Origin: Methanobacteriota archaeon
Lineage (GTDB): Archaea > Thermoplasmatota > Poseidoniia > Poseidoniales > Poseidoniaceae
Reading direction: 5' to 3'
NCBI GenBank assembly: GCA_018650165.1
Contig: JABIGM010000024.1
Span: forward strand, 2,192 to 66,191
Length of the DNA stretch: 64,000 nt
Positions 7,177 through 16,362 of the stretch are shown here, piece after piece. The position numbers and the translations under genes are program-made. Position 1 is the stretch's first letter, and the number at the start of each line of letters is the position of its first letter. Below the pieces are notes generated by a model that worked only from the letters and a program-made list of their open reading frames with translations, made no database searches and was not told where the DNA came from.

Positions 7177-8907
7177 ATGTCCGGATATGTCATTGGTGAT
7201 GTTCCTACTGTCCAAGTAGAAGCTGATGCCTCTGAGGTATTGCTGGGTAGTGACTCTATTCAGGAGTCTCTAATGTCTGAAGCAGTCATCCAAGTTACCG
7301 AAAATGATGAGATAATCGGACCGGTTTCCAAACTTGATAGCCATCACCAAACTGGAATGTATCACCGTGCATTTAGTGTTCTACTGTTTGATTCATCAGG
7401 AAGGCTTCTCTTACAAAGAAGAGCAGCGCACAAAATTACGTTTCCTAATATATGGGCTAACTCATGTTGCTCACACCCACTGCATAGTGATGACGAAATG
7501 GAGCCGAGAAACGACCTTGGAGTAAAGCGTGCAGCAATAAGAAAACTCGAACAAGAATTGGGTATCAATCCAAATCAAATCGATATTGAAAAGTTCGAAT
7601 TTGTAACGAAAATGCGCTATCAAGCCCGGCAAGATGAAAATTGGATTGAAAGAGAAATTGACCATTGCTTAGTAATTCATGCGGATGTTGAGGTCAACCC
7701 TAATCCAAATGAAGTTAGTGAAATTAAATGGGTTAGCCAAGAAGAACTTGAGGCATTACTAATTGCTGAGGATCCAGAAAATGTAATCGCCCCATGGTTC
7801 AGATGTATTGCGGCACGAATGATGAATGATGATTGGTGGCGTCCCGGCTGTGCTGTTGCAGATGATTTAATCCATGATATGGGCGATGTGTCACACATGC
7901 TTCCAGGTGCTACTGGTGCAGACTTGAACACTAGCATAGCGGAAGTCAAAGAACTGGTTGAACACCGTATTGAACGGGCACTAAAGCACACTTCTCTTGA
8001 GAGACTCTCGGGGGCAATGATGCATCTTCTAGAAGGTGGCGGGAAGAGACTCCGTGCAACTCTTCCCTGGTTAGTAGCTAAAGCCGTAGGGGATACGCAT
8101 TCGGGGATGCTCGATGTGGGTGCAGCAATAGAAATCATCCATAATTTCACCCTTGTTCATGATGATATAATGGATGATGATGAGATTCGACGTGGTCGAC
8201 CTGCAGTACACATTGCATATGATTTGCCTACTGCAATTAATGCAGGCGATGCTATGCTTGCAATTGCATTTGAAGCAATGGCTGTGGCAGAGGGCATTGA
8301 GCCTGCACAATTACCATTTTTGGTTAAGAGAATTGGTCGAATGGTGCGTAAGTGTAGCGAAGGCCAGCAACTGGATATCGAATTTGAAGACAGAGAAACA
8401 GTTTCTGAAGAGGAATATATCACAATGATCCATGGCAAAACAGCAGCGATGTTCCTCACCTGTGCTGAAGTCGGTGCACATCTTGCAGGTGCTGATGACG
8501 AAACGATACAATGTATGCATGAATGGGGTCTATCTGTTGGTCTATGTTTCCAATTAATGGATGATTTAATCGATGTATTATCGGATTCCGATACGCTTGG
8601 TAAGCCAAGTGGTAGTGATGTTGCGCAAGGTAAGCGCACCCTGATGGTTATACATGCCCTTAACCAACCACCTTCACAATCAAAAGACGAGTTACTCGCA
8701 GTTTTAGGCAAGGGCGACAATGTTACTGCGCAACAGGTTACCTGCGCCCATAAGGCGTTAGAAGACCTTGGTTCGATTGAATATGCCAGAACGAAAGCGG
8801 AATCATACCATCGCAAGGCACATGACTCTCTGGACAGGATACCAGACAGCCCAGCAATACGCGCCCTTCGTGAGTTGACTGATTACCAACTTAAGCGGAT
8901 ATACTAA
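7177..8907 (+). CDS. fusion protein: type-1 isopentenyl-diphosphate isomerase (Nudix fold) plus (E)-polyprenyl (geranylgeranyl) diphosphate synthase
   Basis: The N-terminal half has HRAFSVLLFDSSGRLLLQRRAAHKITFPNIWANSCCSHP and EREIDHC, the IDI1 Cys/Glu motifs. The C-terminal half has GGKRLRA, the first Asp-rich motif LVHDDIMDDDEIRRGRP, GQQLD, KTA, and the second Asp-rich motif FQLMDDLIDV...GKPSGSD...GKRT. It is a single uninterrupted 576-aa frame, and AGGTGA lies 6 nt upstream of the ATG. Confidence 0.87.
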   Translation: MSGYVIGDVPTVQVEADASEVLLGSDSIQESLMSEAVIQVTENDEIIGPVSKLDSHHQTGMYHRAFSVLLFDSSGRLLLQRRAAHKITFPNIWANSCCSHPLHSDDEMEPRNDLGVKRAAIRKLEQELGINPNQIDIEKFEFVTKMRYQARQDENWIEREIDHCLVIHADVEVNPNPNEVSEIKWVSQEELEALLIAEDPENVIAPWFRCIAARMMNDDWWRPGCAVADDLIHDMGDVSHMLPGATGADLNTSIAEVKELVEHRIERALKHTSLERLSGAMMHLLEGGGKRLRATLPWLVAKAVGDTHSGMLDVGAAIEIIHNFTLVHDDIMDDDEIRRGRPAVHIAYDLPTAINAGDAMLAIAFEAMAVAEGIEPAQLPFLVKRIGRMVRKCSEGQQLDIEFEDRETVSEEEYITMIHGKTAAMFLTCAEVGAHLAGADDETIQCMHEWGLSVGLCFQLMDDLIDVLSDSDTLGKPSGSDVAQGKRTLMVIHALNQPPSQSKDELLAVLGKGDNVTAQQVTCAHKALEDLGSIEYARTKAESYHRKAHDSLDRIPDSPAIRALRELTDYQLKRIY

Positions 8908-9322
8908 TTGAGCCACCGCTCAAAACCCTACAGTACCACCTAGTCTCACCGGGGAACTTCTCATTTGACATTCTCCGATATTGCCCATCAGTGAACGAAG
9001 CCGATATTTTGTAGCAAGGAGATGCTGCTGACATAACTTCTAATTCAACTAGTCCTATTGAAAATACCGAACCAATTTCCAGATTGAATCCTTCTATCAA
9101 GAGGTTCTCTCCAGTGCTGCCTGGAGTTATTGGATGGCCTTCATCTCGTAGTTTACAGAGAACTTCATTTTCCAACACACAAATGGCTTTCAATGGTCCA
9201 CCATGGTGCTTTTTGTTTTGTTGTTCGTCTCCAATTAGCCCATTGAGGTCAACCTCAACAGAATTAATTGATAACTTTGGAACTCCACCAGTTGAAGTGT
9301 AAATTCCTAGTAACTTACCCAT
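8891..9322 (-). CDS. MOSC domain protein (YiiM-like)
   Basis: GGVPKLSINSVEVDLNGLIGDEQQNKKHHGGPLKAICV..., GSTGENLLIEG, ...LEVMSAASPCYKI fit the MOSC pattern with its conserved Cys. The track start at 9370 is GTG abutting the EF-2 stop, so the ATG at 9322 is used. Confidence 0.72.
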   Translation of the reverse strand: MGKLLGIYTSTGGVPKLSINSVEVDLNGLIGDEQQNKKHHGGPLKAICVLENEVLCKLRDEGHPITPGSTGENLLIEGFNLEIGSVFSIGLVELEVMSAASPCYKISASFTDGQYRRMSNEKFPGETRWYCRVLSGGSISISA

Positions 9323-9366
9323 TTTAAGCACCACTCTATTGGTGTCTAATTGACTAATACTACAAA

Positions 9367-11574
9367 TCACTCAGCGTAGTAAGATTCAGGATTTGGGTCA
9401 GGTTTCAATCCCTTACGGGTACGAATTTCACCTACTACCTTCTCGAATAATTGAGGAGGCAGTATTTCGAATCCAATATTTTCTGAGTTCCAAACTGCAC
9501 GACCTTGTGATGCTGCACGGATGTCATTGGAGAATCCAAATGTCTCAGCAACAGGTAGAGTTCCAATAACAGTAGTTGCTTCACCTTCAGAAGGCATATC
9601 TTCGATAATTCCACGGCGGTTGGTGATTTCACGTGTGACTTGACCAAGCCAGTCGTTAGGAACGCTGACGTGTGATCTCTGCATTGGCTCCATCATTACT
9701 GTACGAGCACGCAGCATTGCACCTTTGATTCCATTGCGGACTGCAGGAATTGTCTGAGCGGGTCCACGGTGAATTGCATCTTCATGGAGTTTAGCATCGA
9801 CGAGTCGTACCATCATTCCCATAACAGGTTCATCAGCGACTGGCCCTTTCTTGCATACTTCATTGAATGCTTCGATAATTAATTCACGAGTCTCGTGAAG
9901 TCCCTGAATACCCTTTGTATCATTGACTAGAACGTTAGTTCCATTAATTGCGTAAATCTTACGCATCTTGTCCTTATCCATTCCAAGTTCTCCGAATTTG
10001 CGTCCAACTTCTTTTGCATCTCCGGTTCGGATAGTTCCATTTCCAAGTTGTCCGTCTCTCAGTGCGTTAACAACTTCAGGTGAAAGAGGTTCACATTCCA
10101 TCATGAATCTGTTGTGGCGATTTGGAGACTTTCCTTCAAAAGAATGTCCTCTGTTAGTGCCTTCAACAGATTCCCTGTATACAACAATTGGAGGGCTTAC
10201 TTTTACCTTGATATTCTGTTCTTCCTCTAAGCGGTACACTGTAATTTCAAGATGTAATTCTCCCATACCCGCAAGAAGTGCCTCTCCAGTTTCCTGGTTG
10301 GTACTGATTTGCAGTGAAGCATCAGATTTTGCAAGTGAGCGAAGTGCATCGATGAACTTTGGAAGGTCCTTCATGCTCTTTGGCTCAACAGCCACAGTGA
10401 CAACCGGGTCAGAGTAGTGTCTAATTGCTTCGAATGGTGTGAAATCTTTGTTACGAGATAGTGTGACACCAGCAGCTGCAGAACGAATTCCAGTTATCGC
10501 AGCGATATTACCTGCTACAACCTTTGGTACAGGAATTCTATCGCCTCCAACCATCATGCTCACTTGTTGAACACGTTCTGATTTTGCAGCACCGATAGCG
10601 AAAACCGATTCACCTTGGTTAATTGAACCAGAGTAGATACGTCCAACCGCAACTTCTCCTGCGTGAGGGTCCATCCAAATCTTAGTAATCATCATTGCAA
10701 GTTCTGCATCAGGATCACAAGAAATCATTGCCTTTCCAATTGGCGTCTCCAAATCTCCATTCCAAATATTTGGAATACGGTATGGTTGAGCCTCAACCGG
10801 TCCAGGAAGTTTTGAAACAGCCATATCCAATAGAACTTCGTGCACAGGTGCCTTTTGAGCTAATGTTTTCTGGTCTTCATTATTACAGTACTCGAATATT
10901 TGAGTCATAGAAACGCCAGACTTCTTCATATAAGGAATTGTAATTCCCCAGTTGTGATATGCTGAGCCAAATGCTACGGTACCATCCATGACACTGACTT
11001 GCCATTTCTTTTCCATACCTTCTGGAGCGAATGAGCGGATAAGTTTGTTTACTTTGACAATAGTTTCTTCGAATCTCTTTAGCATGTCTTCAGGAGTTAC
11101 TTTCAATTCATTAATCAAGCGGTCAACCTTATTGATGAACAATACAGGCTTAACCTTCTCCTTCAATGCTTGTCGGACAACAGTTTCAGTCTGGGGCATT
11201 GGCCCTTCAACAGCACATGCTAGAATGAAACATCCGTCAACAGCACGCATAGCACGGGTAACGTCTCCACCGAAGTCAACGTGACCTGGTGTGTCGATTA
11301 GGTTGATCAGGTAATCAGTATCATCAACCGCGTGAACCATTGATGCAGATGCAGCGTTAATTGTGATTCCTCTAGCGCTTTCTTGCTCATCAAAGTCAAG
11401 AACACGGCTTTTACCAGCAAGTTCCTCACTCATCATTCCAGCACCTGCAATCAGGTTATCGGAAAGTGTTGTTTTTCCATGGTCAATGTGTGCTGCGATA
11501 CAGAGGTTGCGAATCTGAGGTAGAATGTGCATTACTTCTGTTGCCTTCTTGATGTTGTCTTCTTTACGGCCCAT
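9367..11574 (-). CDS. fusA: translation elongation factor aEF-2
   Basis: G1 is AHIDHGKTTLSD and G3 is DTPGHVDF, followed by NKVDR. The diphthamide-loop motif HEDAIHRGPAQ is present. Length is 735 aa. The SD GGTGAT lies 5 nt upstream of the ATG. Confidence 0.97.
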   Translation of the reverse strand: MGRKEDNIKKATEVMHILPQIRNLCIAAHIDHGKTTLSDNLIAGAGMMSEELAGKSRVLDFDEQESARGITINAASASMVHAVDDTDYLINLIDTPGHVDFGGDVTRAMRAVDGCFILACAVEGPMPQTETVVRQALKEKVKPVLFINKVDRLINELKVTPEDMLKRFEETIVKVNKLIRSFAPEGMEKKWQVSVMDGTVAFGSAYHNWGITIPYMKKSGVSMTQIFEYCNNEDQKTLAQKAPVHEVLLDMAVSKLPGPVEAQPYRIPNIWNGDLETPIGKAMISCDPDAELAMMITKIWMDPHAGEVAVGRIYSGSINQGESVFAIGAAKSERVQQVSMMVGGDRIPVPKVVAGNIAAITGIRSAAAGVTLSRNKDFTPFEAIRHYSDPVVTVAVEPKSMKDLPKFIDALRSLAKSDASLQISTNQETGEALLAGMGELHLEITVYRLEEEQNIKVKVSPPIVVYRESVEGTNRGHSFEGKSPNRHNRFMMECEPLSPEVVNALRDGQLGNGTIRTGDAKEVGRKFGELGMDKDKMRKIYAINGTNVLVNDTKGIQGLHETRELIIEAFNEVCKKGPVADEPVMGMMVRLVDAKLHEDAIHRGPAQTIPAVRNGIKGAMLRARTVMMEPMQRSHVSVPNDWLGQVTREITNRRGIIEDMPSEGEATTVIGTLPVAETFGFSNDIRAASQGRAVWNSENIGFEILPPQLFEKVVGEIRTRKGLKPDPNPESYYAE

Positions 11575-11583
11575 GGTGAATCA

Positions 11584-11599
11584 CCTGACTCTCGTCAGG
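11584..11599. other. perfect hairpin CCTGAC-TCTC-GTCAGG between the desaturase stop and the EF-2 start; on the coding strand its 3-prime arm overlaps the first bases of the EF-2 SD
   Basis: Read directly from the sequence: 6-bp stem and 4-nt loop. No following T-run on the minus strand. Confidence 0.5.
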
Positions 11600-11678
11600 C
11601 TTCGCCACCTTGAAGGGGTTTATCAAATCGACTACGAAAATACTGGTCAAACGATGTGCTGTGTTCTAGTTGAACCAA

Positions 11679-12821
11679 TCAGGCTTTTACTATATTTTGT
11701 GCCTTCATTTCTAGGAATAATAACTTCAAATCATTCTTTATTTGAGCATATGATTCTTTCATCTCAATAATCTTCTGACGAAGGATTTCCTTTTGGTTAT
11801 TCATTGCATTTTTCAAGTCTTTTTTGGCCTTATGGATCTCAAATAAGCAAGTTCGCATCGACTCACGGTGCTTGGTAAGTTGTACTTCGTATTGGCTGAC
11901 ATCAATGTTCTTGGAACTAAGTTTAGTAGCATTCTTCTTAAATTTAATATCCAGTTTTGCAACTTCGATTGAATGCTTTGGTGTTTTCTTAAGGTTTGAT
12001 TTCATACCCATTATTTTGAAAGCACGAATCCACCATTTGCTTGGGTCGGCATGGTACCACTTGTGTCCATTTCGATAATCTGCTTGGAATGTATGGTGAA
12101 AGTTATGGTATCCTTCTCCAAATGTCAGGAATGCAAGCCAAAAGGAATCTCGGCTAGAGTTTTCTTCGGAATATGGTTGTGTACCCCAAATATGAGCTGC
12201 ACTATTGATGAGGAATGTTCCATGGTGGACGAATACTAGTCTGACAAATCCTCCCCATACTAGTCCGCCGACGGCTACAGCGACACCGCCAACCAAATAC
12301 CCAATTAGTGCAGGTAAAATCACTCCCGAAACTCCACCTATTAGGAATATATTTCTGTGCTGCCAACGTATAATTTTACTTGCTTCGAGGTCCTTGACAT
12401 TGGTGAAATTATTTTTGAAAGCATCTTCTTCAATCATAATCCAGACCATGTGTGAGTACCAAAATCCACGCTGTGCAGAATAAGGGTCATTCTCAGTATC
12501 AGTGTTTTTGTGGTGGTTGCGATGATCGGAGCACCATTCAATTATTGAATTTTGAAAGGCGCCTGCTCCAAATATTGAGTAGAATAATACCAATGGCCAT
12601 GATGCTTCATGAGAGCGATGTGAAAATAGTCTGTGGTATCCAACTGTTATTGATAATCCACATGCATAGTAAAAAGAAATGAATAAAATTGCTTCAGCCC
12701 ACCCTGGTGCTCCAAAATACATCCAGTGAAACACAACACCTGCCAACGCAAGTACAGGCGTTGAAATAAGAAAAATAGTGTTGAGCCAATTGATTCTGGT
12801 CGAAGCACTGTAGTCTGACAT
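11679..12821 (-). CDS. membrane fatty-acid (acyl-CoA/acyl-lipid delta-9 type) desaturase with a roughly 100-aa Lys-rich coiled-coil C-terminal extension
   Basis: The three His boxes are HRLFSH, HRNHH and HNFHH, with the expected hydrophobic helices between them. The tail is ...KLDIKFKKNATKLSSKNIDVSQYEVQLTKHRESM...QKIIEMKESYAQIKNDLKLL. The 3-prime third is visibly AT-rich. Confidence 0.85.
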   Translation of the reverse strand: MSDYSASTRINWLNTIFLISTPVLALAGVVFHWMYFGAPGWAEAILFISFYYACGLSITVGYHRLFSHRSHEASWPLVLFYSIFGAGAFQNSIIEWCSDHRNHHKNTDTENDPYSAQRGFWYSHMVWIMIEEDAFKNNFTNVKDLEASKIIRWQHRNIFLIGGVSGVILPALIGYLVGGVAVAVGGLVWGGFVRLVFVHHGTFLINSAAHIWGTQPYSEENSSRDSFWLAFLTFGEGYHNFHHTFQADYRNGHKWYHADPSKWWIRAFKIMGMKSNLKKTPKHSIEVAKLDIKFKKNATKLSSKNIDVSQYEVQLTKHRESMRTCLFEIHKAKKDLKNAMNNQKEILRQKIIEMKESYAQIKNDLKLLFLEMKAQNIVKA

Positions 12822-12862
12822 AGCCGTGACGCATAGCCTGCCACTATTGACCGTTGGGGTCA

Positions 12863-12880
12863 GGTGTTGCCAGCAACACC
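12863..12880. other. hairpin GGTGTTGC-CA-GCAACACC in the S7-desaturase spacer
   Basis: Read directly from the sequence: 8-nt inverted repeat separated by 2 nt (effective 7-bp stem with a 4-nt loop). Not followed by an oligo-T on the minus strand. Confidence 0.5.
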
Positions 12881-12898
12881 GTGTTTAGCCGTGTTGTA

Positions 12899-13525
12899 TC
12901 AGCGTGCACTTGCAGCGATACGCTGAACTTCTTCTTTCTTTGAAACAGCGTAAGACGTAACATCATTGTTACTTGCCTTTGTAATTTCATTGATAATACA
13001 TTGAGTTAGAGTTCGCTTGGACTTCGAAGTTCCCTGTTGAGAACCTTTGGCCAAATTTGCTAGTGCTACATCGAGTCTACGAGAAGGTGAACTGTCTACA
13101 GCCTTGGGTTGAGATACCGCACCAAACTTGATTCTTGTAATCTCTTCCATTGGAGCAGCTGAGCAAATCGCATCAACGAACGCTTGCAACGGGTTATTGC
13201 CACTGCGCTCAGCAATTGAATCCAAAGCAGATTCGAATGCCTTTAGAGCGCCCATCTTTTTACCAGTATACTTTCCAGTACGCATTAGTTTGTTGACAAA
13301 TCGCTCAACAATAGATAAGCGTGCTTTACCAAACCATGCATTTGCATGACGGCCACCGGTGTGTGGTACACCAACGGTTGACAGATTAATGTAAGGTGCA
13401 AGTCCTGGGTCTCGGCAAACTACTGTTGCTGCATCATACTTGCCAAACACAAGTGTTCCGATTCCAGCAATAGGCTTGATCTCTTCCGGGGCTGATTCTT
13501 CTTGTATCTCGACTTCTTCACTCAT
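12899..13525 (-). CDS. rps7: 30S ribosomal protein uS7
   Basis: The body sequence is typical of archaeal S7 (...NKLMRTGKYTGKKMGALKAFESALDSI...NPLQAFVDAICSAAPMEEITRIKFGA...). The SD GGAGTGAT lies upstream. It sits directly downstream of S12. Confidence 0.93.
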   Translation of the reverse strand: MSEEVEIQEESAPEEIKPIAGIGTLVFGKYDAATVVCRDPGLAPYINLSTVGVPHTGGRHANAWFGKARLSIVERFVNKLMRTGKYTGKKMGALKAFESALDSIAERSGNNPLQAFVDAICSAAPMEEITRIKFGAVSQPKAVDSSPSRRLDVALANLAKGSQQGTSKSKRTLTQCIINEITKASNNDVTSYAVSKKEEVQRIAASAR

Positions 13526-13540
13526 CTAAATCACTCCGAA

Positions 13541-13969
13541 TCATCGAATAGGTTTCTCTTTTCGTCCACGTACCATCTCATCTAGTGAGACTCCGTTAAC
13601 TTGGATGACCTTGTATCGGACACCAGGAATATCTCCGTATGAACGACCCATGGCTCCACCGATTCCTTCGACCATTACTTCATCGTGCTCATCGATGAAG
13701 TTGATTGCACCATCACCAGGTGCGAAAGCAGTAAGTTTGTTACCGTTCTTGATTAGTGTAATCTTAACGGCTTTTCTAATTCCGGAATTAGGCTGCTTTG
13801 CCTCGATTCCGACTTTTTCGATAACGATACCCTTTGCTTGGGTTGAACCAGCAAGTGGGTCATGCTTAGCCCGAGATTTGAGCATACGCTTCTTGTATCT
13901 ACGGTCAGACCATCTAAACTTTTGACGGTCCTTTGCCATCTTGGTACCTGCGAATAATCCACGACCCAT
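13541..13969 (-). CDS. rps12: 30S ribosomal protein uS12
   Basis: [60 protein letters not shown]...[18 protein letters not shown] is canonical archaeal S12. The SD GGAGTGAT lies upstream. Confidence 0.97.
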   Translation of the reverse strand: MGRGLFAGTKMAKDRQKFRWSDRRYKKRMLKSRAKHDPLAGSTQAKGIVIEKVGIEAKQPNSGIRKAVKITLIKNGNKLTAFAPGDGAINFIDEHDEVMVEGIGGAMGRSYGDIPGVRYKVIQVNGVSLDEMVRGRKEKPIR

Positions 13970-14064
13970 GCCAAATCACTCCATAGAAGCAAATTGCCGA
14001 CCTACCTCCCCTATTTCATGATGCCGATGAAAGTAACCTGTTAGAATGGTGCACTAACCCGCTA

Positions 14065-15375
14065 ATGGATAGGCCAATGTTCATGGTTATTGACCTTCAC
14101 GAAGGAGACATGGCATTCCGTGATTTGTTGGGCGCAGCCGATATTGTGGTTGAGCCAACCAGTGTACTGCACGGCATATTTGATAAGTCTAAATCCACTG
14201 ATCATGGGTTGCTATTGTTCGAGAATTTGGTTGAGTCCCCCGGTCACAGAGCCGCTGTAAATTTGCTTACAAGACCTCGCCTGTGTGCGGCCTTATCGAT
14301 TGAGCCGGAGGATTTCATTGACCTATTGGGTTGGGCTATGGATAACCCTGGGATTCCAAAGATTGTGGAATCCGGACCGGTATTAGAATGCCCACAAGAA
14401 TTTCCTGATTTGACATTACTCCCAATTCCTCACCACTGGAGAGAAGACCGTGGCAGATATATGTCGGCAAGTGTGATTATAGCAGAATATAATGGCATTC
14501 GTAATATGTCATTCCACCGACAATACTTGCGCGATAAAAATCACCTTGTCGCTAGGATAGTACCGCGTCACCTCCATTCCATGACCGGTGATGCCCGTAG
14601 TGAAGGGAGTGAAGTAAATATCGCTGTAATCAATGCCCCCGACCCTGTAGTACTTCTTGCTGCAGCAATGTCTTTTGATTCCAATATTGACGAATTAACA
14701 ATTGCAGCAGCATTGCACGAAAAAGTGCATGGTAGGCCGCTTGAATTGGTAACATTACCAAATGGAATCCAGGTTCCTGCGTTCGCCGAGTATGCCATGT
14801 GGGGTCGAGTAACTACCGGGGATGATGATGAAGGACCATACGTCGATATCACTGGAACAGTTGACGATGTTCGCCAAGAGCCAGTAATTGTGATAGATGG
14901 AATAACTCACCGTAATAATCCCATATTCCATGCCTTGATTCCTGCTGAAGCAGAGCATAAAACACTGATGGGACTGCCTAGAGCACCAACCATCAAATCT
15001 GCTGTTAACGAGGTTTGTGAGTGTCTCGATGTTCACATGACCGAAGGTGGCGGAGGGTGGTTGTCGGCAGTTGTTAAAATCCGAGTTAACAATGAAGGAG
15101 ATGGCAAGCGTGCAATCGATGCAGCACTAGCTGGACATCGTTCAATGAAGATGGTTACAATAGTCGATGAAGATATTGATATCACAAATCCTGTTAGGGT
15201 CGAATGGGCTTTAATGACTCGTTGGCAACCTGATTCTGATACAGTTATTTTGTCTAACCAAAAAGGGTCAAGCCTAGACCCATCTCGTTTGGAAGATGGT
15301 AAAACTGCAAAAATAGGAATTGATGCAACCATTCCATGGGGTTATGACCGTTCAGGCTTTGTCTCAGTTCAGTGA
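14065..15375 (+). CDS. UbiD-family (prenyl-FMN dependent) decarboxylase
   Basis: RNMSFHRQYL, INAPDPVV, DEGPYVDITGT and VIVIDGITHRNNPIFHALIP fit the UbiD family signatures. Length of 436 aa is typical of archaeal members. Confidence 0.82.
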   Translation: MDRPMFMVIDLHEGDMAFRDLLGAADIVVEPTSVLHGIFDKSKSTDHGLLLFENLVESPGHRAAVNLLTRPRLCAALSIEPEDFIDLLGWAMDNPGIPKIVESGPVLECPQEFPDLTLLPIPHHWREDRGRYMSASVIIAEYNGIRNMSFHRQYLRDKNHLVARIVPRHLHSMTGDARSEGSEVNIAVINAPDPVVLLAAAMSFDSNIDELTIAAALHEKVHGRPLELVTLPNGIQVPAFAEYAMWGRVTTGDDDEGPYVDITGTVDDVRQEPVIVIDGITHRNNPIFHALIPAEAEHKTLMGLPRAPTIKSAVNEVCECLDVHMTEGGGGWLSAVVKIRVNNEGDGKRAIDAALAGHRSMKMVTIVDEDIDITNPVRVEWALMTRWQPDSDTVILSNQKGSSLDPSRLEDGKTAKIGIDATIPWGYDRSGFVSVQ

Positions 15376-15384
15376 GTTGGTTAG

Positions 15385-16362
15385 ATGGATAGTGCCACGG
15401 TTCTTCAGCATCCAAGACGTAATCTTGGAAGCCGTCACCGCAGCCAAGCAGACCGCTTTGTGAAACTCGCAAAAAAAGATCCATCAAATGAAGCAGAAAA
15501 TTTCGCCTGGGCTGAACAGAATGCTCAACAAGCTGTATTGTATGACTTTACGGATGAGCGTAATTGGCGCTGTTTAGCCGAAATCAAGCATATGCGCTTA
15601 GATAATGAAGGCCTATCGATGGTTCTGGAAGATTTGTTTGTAGTTCTTGGACGTGATCCGAACCAACTTGGTCAACTTCATGGGATCAACCATTTGGAAG
15701 TCGGTCTGGAATTGTTAGAAGCCGCTTTTATCACAGATTCACTTGAACCTGAGAAATGGTTTTCTTCACTTGATTCAACCGATATGGAGGGTTTCGCCAA
15801 GCGATGTCGAAGGCTAGATTTCTCCGACCAGCGTGCAAATATCATTTATGGCCGTAGGTTAGAGCGAATAAGAAAAGCTGGTCATGAAGACTTATTCATC
15901 GACTTAGTGCACCATCTTTTGGCACATCGTCCAGCGAACCATGAACTTTGGATGGAATTGGGGAGATTACACGAACGTCGAAATGAAATTGACCAGGCTT
16001 GGCTTTGCTATGACCATGTTCAGCAGTTACGTCCTACAGAATTAGTACGTGATTTGTTCTTAGACAGGCTAAAGCAATCAATGGATGGTGCCGATGCACA
16101 ACCATGGAGTGGCCCGTCACTCAATACCCGTGCAGATTTCCTTAAGCGAATGCAGAATCTATCACAAGCAGTATCGGATATACCGGTTGAGAAAAGTGAA
16201 GAAGTGGTTGGCGAATCAATCGACCCAGACCTCAAGCGGCTACGGGATTTGCTGGATGCTGGTGAAGCCGCTGAAGCATTCTTCATGGCTCGCTCATTAC
16301 TAACATCAGGTGAGATGTGGGCTGAAGAGTGGATGGTTAAAGCACAAAAAATGCTTGGTTAA
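15385..16362 (+). CDS. hypothetical alpha-helical repeat (TPR-like) protein
   Basis: A long ORF starts 10 nt after the ubiD-like stop. Helical repeat-like segments include NHELWMELGRLHERRNEIDQAWLCYDHVQQLRP. No family was recognised. Confidence 0.5.
   Translation: MDSATVLQHPRRNLGSRHRSQADRFVKLAKKDPSNEAENFAWAEQNAQQAVLYDFTDERNWRCLAEIKHMRLDNEGLSMVLEDLFVVLGRDPNQLGQLHGINHLEVGLELLEAAFITDSLEPEKWFSSLDSTDMEGFAKRCRRLDFSDQRANIIYGRRLERIRKAGHEDLFIDLVHHLLAHRPANHELWMELGRLHERRNEIDQAWLCYDHVQQLRPTELVRDLFLDRLKQSMDGADAQPWSGPSLNTRADFLKRMQNLSQAVSDIPVEKSEEVVGESIDPDLKRLRDLLDAGEAAEAFFMARSLLTSGEMWAEEWMVKAQKMLG

Noticed and set aside
7677-8816. Long minus-strand ORFs (157 aa at 7677-8150; 219 aa at 8157-8816) opposite the IDI::GGPPS gene
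   Set aside because: They lie fully inside a gene with unambiguous catalytic motifs. Their translations are Ser/Ala/Cys/Pro-rich low-complexity with no motifs, and no SD precedes them. These are typical antisense shadow ORFs.
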